Source of the DNA: Octopus vulgaris
Taxonomy: Eukaryota
DNA length: 64,000 nucleotides
Assembly (NCBI GenBank): GCA_951406725.2
Contig: OX597831.1
Coordinates: forward strand, 26,536,001 to 26,600,000
Direction of reading: 5' to 3'
The notes under the pieces were generated by a model. The model was not told where the DNA came from. It worked only from the letters and a program-made list of their open reading frames with translations, and ran no database searches. The position numbers and the translations under genes are program-made. Positions 55,165-64,000 of the stretch are shown in pieces (position 1 is the stretch's first letter; each line of letters opens with the position of its first letter).

Positions 55165-55332
55165 GTGTGGCTGTGTGGTAAGTAGCTTGCTAACGAACCA
55201 CATGGGTCCAGGTTCGGTCCCACTGCATGGCACATTGGGCATGTGTCTTCTACTATAGCCTCGGGCCGACCAAGGCCTTGTGAGTCAATTTGGTAGATGG
55301 AAACTGAAAGAAGCCCGTCGTATATATGTATG

Positions 55333-55375
<43 letters not shown>

Positions 55376-55603
55376 GTGTGTGTCTGTCTGTATGTGTGTG
55401 TATATGTTTGTCCTTCCAACATCGTTTGACAATCGATGCTGGTGTGTTTACGTCCCAGTAACTTAGTGGTTTGGCAAAAGAGACCGATAGAATAATTACT
55501 AGCCTTGCAAAGAATAAGTCCTGGGGTTGATTTGCATGACTAAAGGTGGTGCTCCAGCATGGCCACAGTCAAATGACTGAAACAAGTGAAAGAGTAAAGA
55601 GAG
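55165..55603 (+). mobile_element. SINE family A
   Basis: Near full-length copy. Confidence 0.88.
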
Positions 55604-55657
55604 AGTATAGAGAGATGAAATGATACTAGGCATTTTGCCTGGCATGATAACAACTCT

Positions 55658-56016
55658 GTCTGGAGGAGGTAGTGCTGCCCTGGGTCAAGAGGGTGGCTGC
55701 TGGAAGACCCTACGTATGACAACAGGACTATGAACCATGCCACACAAGCCGGAGAAGCCAGCCGTGGCTGTCCGATAATTTCTATGACCACATAACCCAT
55801 AACATCTGGCCACCTAATTAACCAGACTGCATCCCCCTTAATTATTTATGTGTGGGATGCAACTGAGTGAGACCAACAAAAGTCCTTGTAACACTAAAGA
55901 TGTACTGAAGGCAAGGATTATGGCAGCATTCACCAACTTAAACAAGGAGACCATCCAGGAGATTCCTAAGTCGTCTGGGGGCAGGGGTTGAAGCCAATGG
56001 TGAGTTTAGCGAATAA
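55658..56016 (+). mobile_element. Tc1/mariner superfamily (maT/DD37D-like) transposase C-terminal remnant
   Basis: LEEVVLPWVKRVAAGRPYV*QQD..PCHTSRRSQ.WL...IWPPN*PDC...LKARIMAAF...VEANGEF, with frameshifts. Confidence 0.8.
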
Positions 56017-56096
56017 GTGTAGTCTTTAGTATTTCAAGATATTTTTATGTAATTTTGATAAATATATCATATATATATTTCACAATATATCTCTCT

Positions 56097-56355
56097 CTAT
56101 CCATTCAGTCGAAGTCGACTCTCGCTCACTCGTTGGATCAGTGTCCTCCAGTCAGTTCTATCCTGGGCCGCTTCTTTCAGATTGTCTATGTCCATTCCAG
56201 TATTACTCTTGATAGTGTCAAGCCAGTGGGTTCTTGGTCGGCCTCTTCCTCTCTTGCCACTGACCGTTCCGAGCATGATGTCCTTCTCCAGGGATTTTCT
56301 CCGCATAATATGACCGAAATATGCCAATCTATGCTTGGTGATCCTAGCTTCTATA
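56097..56355 (-). mobile_element. RTE/BovB-like LINE 3' end
   Basis: RLAYFGHIMRRKSLEKDIMLGTVSGKRGRGRPRTHWLDTIK...AQDRTDWR. Confidence 0.9.
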
Positions 56356-56673
56356 TATATTGTGAAATTGAACCTCAGTTCCAGCACTTAAAAAGCCTCT
56401 GGTGGTGGCTGGGTACTTGAAGCACGAATAAGTTGTATGAGTTTGTCTAACAGCATATATTCTCTTATACACTTGATTCTATGCTGTCATCCTTACTCTC
56501 TTCCTCTTGTCTGAATGAAGAGAGTAAAATAAGACAGAGAGCGGAGGAAGGAGGAGGAGAGGGGAGGGGGTGGAGAACAGTGATCAACAACAGAAGAATT
56601 CTTAAGTCTTTGAGACAGCCGAGAAAAGGAGGAGGAGGAATACCATGATTCGATAATCTACATAATTTACAGA

Positions 56674-56790
56674 GAGGAGAGAAGGTGAGGGGCGGGAGGA
56701 GAGAAGGTGAGGGGCGGGAGGAGAGAAGGTGAGGGGCGGGAGGAGAGAAGGTGAGGGGCGGGAGGAGAGAAGGTGAGGGGCGGGAGGAGG
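56674..56790. repeat. 22-bp purine-rich minisatellite (GAGGAGAGAAGGTGAGGGGCGG, ~5 copies) within a larger local duplication
   Basis: Read directly; 56560-56668 resembles 56835-56998. Confidence 0.9.
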
Positions 56791-57203
56791 AGATGAGAGA
56801 TGAGGGGAGAGAGGAGAGAGAAAGAGGAGGTGGAGAGAGGAGGGGTGGAGACAGTGATCAACAACAGAATAATTCTTAAGTCTTTGCGACACCCAAGAAA
56901 AGGAGGAGGGAGAGGAGAAGGATGATGATGATAAGGAGGAGGAGGAGGAGGAGGAGGAGAGGAAGAGGAATAACATGATTCGATAATCTCCATAATTTAG
57001 CAATCACAGAAGATTGATGTGTGAAGTTGTGTTGACCAATTTAAAGTGTGAATAATGTGCTTGTTTGGGAGAGAGAGAGAGAGAGAGAGGAAGTGTGTGT
57101 ATGCATGTGTGTATCTGTATGTTTATGTGTATGTGTGAATATGAGTGTTTGTCATTCTATGTATGTCTATGTTTGTGTGTGTATGTGTGTGTATGTATGT
57201 GCC

Positions 57204-57241
<38 letters not shown>

Positions 57242-57463
57242 GTGTCTGAGTCTGCGTTCGTTGATATATGAGTGTCTGTATCTGTGTGGTGTGGTGTGTC
57301 ATATGTGCGTATGTCCGTGTGTGCGGGTGTCCGTGGGTCGGTGGAGGTGTCCATGGGTCAGTGGAGGTGTCCGTGTGTGTGCGTGTGTGTGTGTGTGTAT
57401 GATTTGTGTGCATCTGTTTGTCGTTATGTGTATGTGTGTACATATGTGTGTGGTCTATCCTTA

Positions 57464-57536
<73 letters not shown>

Positions 57537-58568
57537 ATGTGTGTATGTGTGTGTATATGTAAGCAAGATACATGAAATAATACTGGAGTTCACTCACAGA
57601 TATGTCTTCATTGAAAATTTGATAAAATATCGCAACACACTCTCCAACTTTGAAGTATTATCTTATTACAAAGATGTCACAATTTTAATGGCATCATCAA
57701 TGTTTAGAAATTCTTCAATTCAGCTAACCACATTTTGAAACTTGCTGCCATCTCTAGTCCACAACGATGACATTTCTTTGAAAGGAATCCCATTCTCTGA
57801 AACCATTTTATATAGATGCCAGAATGAAGGAAGCGGTGATCTATGCTAAAATAGAAATATTTCATAATTATGTGTAGTTTGCTGGCTGGATTACTTATTA
57901 CCAATTCAAAGACTGTGAGTTCAGAATGTTACTTCTGATTCCAGGCTTGGCTGTGCGGTCAAGAAGTTTGGTTCTCAGCCACGTGGTTTTAAGTTCAGTT
58001 CCACTGTGTGGAACTTCGATGCACAAGTTTCTTCACTCTGAATGAATTTGATAGGTGGAAACTACACAGAAGCCTGTCTTATGTATGTATATAGTACACA
58101 CACACTTATGTACTTATATATATTATACACATACATATATATAAATCAAATATCGATCAACATCAATGGAAATTGCAGCTGTGATACCAGTGCCGGTGCC
58201 GTAATCTCCTTTAGAGAGACCATCCGAATGTGGCCGTTGCCAGGCCGCCCGACTGGCCTGGTGCCGGTGGCATAGGTAAAAAGATCTGTTCGAGGCCGTT
58301 GCCAGCTCAGCCTAGCGACACCTGCTGCCGTCTGACTCACGCTAAAAAGCACCATCCAATCGTGGCCATGTGCCAGCTGTCATCTGGCACGTAAAAAGCA
58401 CCCACTACACTCACGGAGTGGTTTATAGGAAGGGCATCCAGCTGTAGAAACACTGCCAGATCAGACTGGGCCTGAGCGGTGGCCTCTGGCTAATCCCCAG
58501 ACCCCAGCTTGAACTTATCCATAAGACTGCTATATGGAAAACGGCGATAACGATGATGATGATGATGA

Positions 58569-58645
<77 letters not shown>

Positions 58646-60825
58646 ATAACAAGAGGGAGATATATACATGTGTATGTGTGTGTGTGGACCTTTTTTTTTT
58701 CTGTCCCTCTAATTGTTGTTTTTCCTGTCCACCTTTGTATCGTCTATCTGTCTAGATGCTTTATTGTCCTCTATTGCCTTTTCATTCCATATTTCATATA
58801 TATATATACATATAGCGGCGTACGTACACTTTTGCTTACCTTATAGTAAGTATGTATCTAAATTTTGTATGATTCTTTTACTCTGTCTTTTAGTCCCCTC
58901 ATGCTTTCTTCCTCATTTCTTTTTCTTGCTCCCCCTCTCTCACAATTCTTGGCTCTCTCTTTCTTTAACTCCCACATTTCTCCCTTGTTTATCTTCCCTG
59001 TGCCTTTCCCTTTGTCTCTTTGATTTTTTTTCCAATCCTTCAATCCTGCTGCTCCTTACTCCTCTCTCCTCTTTCCACATGACCAGTGTTTGGCCAGCCA
59101 TGATCTTTCTTTCTTGGCCTGACTGCCAGCCGCCAACACCTCTTATGTCCGTCTCCTATGTTCCTACCTTTAGGCTTTCACTTCATACACGCCAGCTCAA
59201 TTTGATTCGCTCTTAGTCGAAAGACACCTGTTGTTATTTTCTTGCTGTTTGTATATGTAAATGTGTACCATATTCTCTGTTTTTTGTCTTTGTTGTCGTA
59301 CACATTCGCTAGCTTTCTTACAAAAAATCTAATGGTTTTAGCTCAGACGTTTTTGGAGGCAATCAGATCGAACCATCTCAAGTCTAACTGCTCGAAACTG
59401 TAAGGACATCTGGTAAACTGACTGATGAAAGAAGGCCACAAATGACCCATCCTTTTTTCCTGCCCCTCTAATTGTTGTTTTTCCTGTTCGCCTTTGTATC
59501 GTCTATCTGTCCACATGTTTTATTGTCCTCTATTGCGGTTTTGTTCTCAATACATACATACATACATACATACATACATACATACATACATACATACATA
59601 CATACATACATACATACATACACACATACATACATACATACATGCAAACTACTTGGTGACCTTCGTAGCATGAATAAGCACCCAGTCCACTCTGTAAAGT
59701 GGTTGGCATTAGGAAGGCATCCAGCTGTAGAAACCATGCCAAAACAGACATTGGCGCTGAACACAGTCATCTGACCTGTTGGATCCTATCAAATGATGAT
59801 GATGATGATGATGATGATATATTCACCTACTCTGAAATAATAGTGTCTGAACTTCTTGTTTCAAACAAGTGTACTTTTCGTGCATCCCCTTCACTAGAAG
59901 CCTACCAAAAGCTAAGTTTTGCTCCCTTTCACAAACCTATTCTAAAGCAGACTTTACTGGGATGTTTGTGTTTCATTTAAACTGAAACTCATTTTCATGT
60001 GTTCATGTGTTCATGAAAAGGTTGATTGCTATAGCCATTAACTAATTAAAAAAAAAGAATTCTTCGATTAAATAGCTATTACTATTCGTCAATTGAATGT
60101 AAAGAAAAAGTAAATATTGAGAGAGGGTGAAGAAGGATCGGTGATTGATCAAGTGAGAGAAAATTTATTGAATGGAAAATCCCGATTGGATTAAATTGGC
60201 AAATAATGATATCATCCGTAAAAGACATTTTTTCCGCTGAAAGAATTAAGTGCCAGCCAAAACAAGATCACAATGAAGAAATTCTAAAAGAAGAAACTGT
60301 AATGGACATTTAGAAATTACGTTGATAATATCATCTTTAAAGAATTATGGAAATTCCTTTATTATTTTTCATTTCATTAACCAAGCAGAACTTGAACAGA
60401 TTCACACCAGCTTCACCGCAGCCCTCACTTTCGATATTCAATTAAATGCAGACAAGGAGTAAGACAGAGGTCCTATCCTGTCAAGACAAAAAGCCCCATT
60501 GGATTAAATTGGCAAATGGAGACGGTTTCTGAAAAGTATATCATTTGGCTTTTCACCAATTCAATTAGCAAATGAAATTGTGAAGAAGTTGCATCCAATA
60601 TTTCCAAGCTGAAGCTTTCAAGACGGAGGATTTCTAAGAAGGGGTTTTTATTATTGATATGAAGTAAGAAATCAAATTGAAAGTAACTTCTTCCCTCTTC
60701 ACTGTTCTAGTCTAATAAATAACAGTAGATCTAAATATTAGTTTTCGTCTGTATTCATATTGACACACTCACATGCATATGCACACACTCATACACACAC
60801 ACATACACACACACATACACGTATT

Positions 60826-61130
60826 TATTATATAAAATCCGTTCTGTCTGTCTGTCTGTGTGTCTTCTAGGATCTCAGGCATCCTCCATTCGATTGTGCT
60901 CAAATTTGATATGTAGATACCGACGGTATCAGGGCATGTATAAGTTTTGAAAAAATTACAAAAATCGAATCCAGGTGAGAATGCGATCGATAAAACCGTG
61001 GGAACGTGCATTTGTATGCACATGTCCATCAGCTGTTGCGATCGATACTACGCGTACACAAGAAAAATGCACGTGCAGTTTGTGCAAAAAATCATAATGC
61101 TTTTCCATCTAGATTTACCTCCAGCTAACC
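60826..61130 (+). mobile_element. Possible non-autonomous Helitron-like 5' fragment
   Basis: TATATAAAA followed by (CTGT)n and a CGATT..AAATTTG segment; CpG-rich compared with the flanks; no clear CTAG 3' end found. Confidence 0.4.
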
Positions 61131-61454
61131 CATTTGCATGCATCATTTTTGTCCTGCTTTTCTTCCGTCAACCTGTACATAACTGCACCTTCCATTTTTT
61201 GTTGTTTTTGTACTGCTTAAAGGCACGTTTCTTTCCTGCCAAGCTTACTATTTAAACCGTGTTTGTGTTCTCCCAGTCAACAATCTTATCATTACTGGTA
61301 CTCTAAACTCTTCGGTTCTTTGGAATAGAAAAAAAGTCTATCCTTATTTCTTCTTTTGCTGGTGTCTCAAATTTAGATTAAATCAGTGTTTCTCAAAGGG
61401 GATGCCTATGGGACGGTCGGACAAGTTGTTTTGAGAAAATTTGATTTAAATGTT

Positions 61455-61614
61455 TGCAGGAGTGGCTGTGTGGTAAATAGCTTGTTTACCAACCACATGG
61501 TTCCGGGTTCAGTCCCACTGTGTGGCACCTTGGGCAAGTGTCTTCTACTATAGCCTCGGGCCGACCAAAGCCTTGTGAGTGGATTTGGTAGACGGAAACT
61601 GAAAGAAGCCCATC

Positions 61615-61653
<39 letters not shown>

Positions 61654-61877
61654 TGTGTGTGTTTGTGTGTCTGTGTTTGTCCCCCTAGCATTTGCTTGAC
61701 AACCGATGCTGGTGTGTTTACATCCCCGTTACTTAGCGGTTCGGCAAAAGAGACCGATAGAATAAGTACTGGGCTTACAAAAGAATAAGTCCCGGGGTCA
61801 AGTTGCTCGATTAAAGGCGGTGTCCCAGCATGGCCACAGTCAAATGACTGAAACAAGTAAAAGAGTAAAAGAGAGTA
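61455..61877 (+). mobile_element. SINE family A
   Basis: Full-length copy. Confidence 0.9.
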
Positions 61878-62325
61878 ACTCAGCACCGTCCATTGGATGG
61901 GGGGCATTTTTCTGGTATACTTACATATATATGGATATCTATATCTATGTATGTGTGTGTGTGAGTAGACATTAACCCTTTAGCATTTGGATTGCTCTGT
62001 CAAATGTAATGCTTACTTATCCACATTGATTTGAAAGAGCAGTGGCACTTGAAATACTCACTAGACCCATTATACCCATTGCCTATTTTTTCAGTCTTCG
62101 ATCACATTGTTTACATATACATATTCATTTACAAAACATCGTAACTTGCAGTGCTGTCTCTGAAATTAATAGAAAATTTATAGAGATAAACTTAAAAGGT
62201 GAGAATATTGCACTGCTAACATGAGGTGAGGCACAACACGATATTGATTTGTAATCCTGTAATATCCTTGGTAGCATATGACGTGACCTTGCTAGCAATT
62301 AACATATATATATATATATATATAC

Positions 62326-62473
62326 GTGGTAAGTAGCTTGCTTATGAACCACATGGTTCCGGGTTCAGTACCACTGCATGGTACCTTGGGCAAGTGTCTT
62401 CTACTATAGCCTCGGGCCAACCAAAGCCTTGTGAGTGGATTTGGTAGACGGAAACTGTAAGAAGCACGTTGTA

Positions 62474-62532
<59 letters not shown>

Positions 62533-62760
62533 CTGTATGTGTGTGTATATGTTAGTAGTCTGTGTTTGTCCCCCCAACATCTCTTGGCAACCAATACTGG
62601 TGTGTTTACGTCCCCGTAACTTAGCGGTTTGGCAAAATAGACTGATAGAATAATTACTAGGCTTACAAAGAATAAGTCCTGGGGTTGATTTGCTCGACTA
62701 AAGGTGGTGCTCCAACATGGCCACAGTCAAATGACTGAAACAAGTAAAAGACTAAAAGAA
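62326..62760 (+). mobile_element. SINE family A (5' clipped)
   Basis: Matches the family sequence. Confidence 0.88.
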
Positions 62761-62921
62761 TATATATATGTATGTATGTATATATATATGCATGTGCATA
62801 TATATATATATATATGTATGTATATATATATGTATATATATATGTATGTGTATGTATATATATATATATATATGTATGTATATATATATATGTATGTATA
62901 TGCGCGTGTGTGTGTTTGCAT

Positions 62922-62969
<48 letters not shown>

Positions 62970-63135
62970 ATAGAGTGTTAGGTGAGGTATACAGAAATTG
63001 AATATTGAGAAAAAAGGTCATCAGAATTTTTGAAAAAGATCTTTTTATTTTTTCATTATTATTAGTGATTTAGAATTTTGTGAATGTAGAAACAGCTTGT
63101 TCATTTACATAAAACAGATGTTGGGGGCAGGGGTG

Positions 63136-63206
<71 letters not shown>

Positions 63207-64000
63207 CAGAGAGAGAGAGAGAGAAGGGGAATCCCCCTGCCTATTCACCATTCCTTTATTTATTTAGCCATTTACCATTATACTGGAATGGATTTAAGTA
63301 TGGTGACCCCTTCAGAAAATAAAATAAAAGGTGTGGTTCGGCCATTCTGGAAGGACTTTTGCTTTCTTTCTCTCTTCCCCCTCTTTTCTTCCCTTTTCTA
63401 GTTAGGTTAAGCACATTTTTTTCACATATGTGTATTCAATTTGTTTATATTCTGCAGCTTAATGTGCTTAATCAAAATAAGAACCCCACACCTAAATAAT
63501 ACTCACTGCACCCTAATTACCCAAAGAAACTATCCAGCCTACCACAATCAAACCTCCACCTAGCAAATTTACCAGTGCAAGAACAAAATTTAATGTAAGA
63601 ATTACCACTTTTGTTTACATTACTATCACATATGTATCAGTTATTTTCACATCCTAACCGATTCATCTATCTATATTTGCATTCTGAAGAGATTTATTTA
63701 AACCAGTAAATCAAAAAGATTGTAAATGCTACCTTCATCTGCTTCCCCCTTCTTTGTTATCTAATTAAATTAAAGGCATACCAGCGAAAACCACGAGTTT
63801 CCTCTTGTTATTACATCCATTTTCTTCTCCTATATCACCTAAACTACAGTTTACCAACCGACTTTGGATTTAATTATCCCTTAGAGGTATTAAACCCCTC
63901 TAATTGATGGTTTTTGGTAAGTAGCATCGATTTTTACAATTCTGTAAATAATAATAGTAGTATTTTATGCTGGTTTTTTTACTTAGAATAAGTACTTGGC

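Noticed and set aside
52699-56790. CRISPR-like arrays in the 15-bp and 22-bp repeats
   Set aside because: No unique spacers and no cas genes; these are TIR subrepeats and a minisatellite.

Overview
Animal genomic DNA, AT-rich and dense in repeats and microsatellites; probably intronic or intergenic. The SINE families and microsatellite load suggest an octopus/coleoid cephalopod (inference). No host protein-coding gene can be supported, and almost all ORFs in the track are microsatellite or SINE artefacts. The main feature is a near-perfect ~2.5-kb palindrome (arms 15709-16962 and 16978-18231, 15-nt spacer). It consists of two head-to-head, 5'-truncated copies of a Penelope-like retroelement (RT C-terminus, CxCx5C linker, GIY-YIG endonuclease), each ending in a type I hammerhead-ribozyme motif. 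About ten more minimal hammerhead-like motifs are scattered through the window. They sit in short non-coding elements embedded in (TA)n/(TACA)n tracts; several have the same head-to-head inverted architecture, and several have non-canonical catalytic cores. Also present: R4/Dong-like retrotransposon ends in (TTA)n arrays, CR1- and RTE-type LINE fragments, mariner and maT remnants, piggyBac-type and Mutator-type MITEs, several tRNA-derived SINE families and a decayed tRNA-Gly. All alignments and folds were done by eye; SINE boundaries are approximate.
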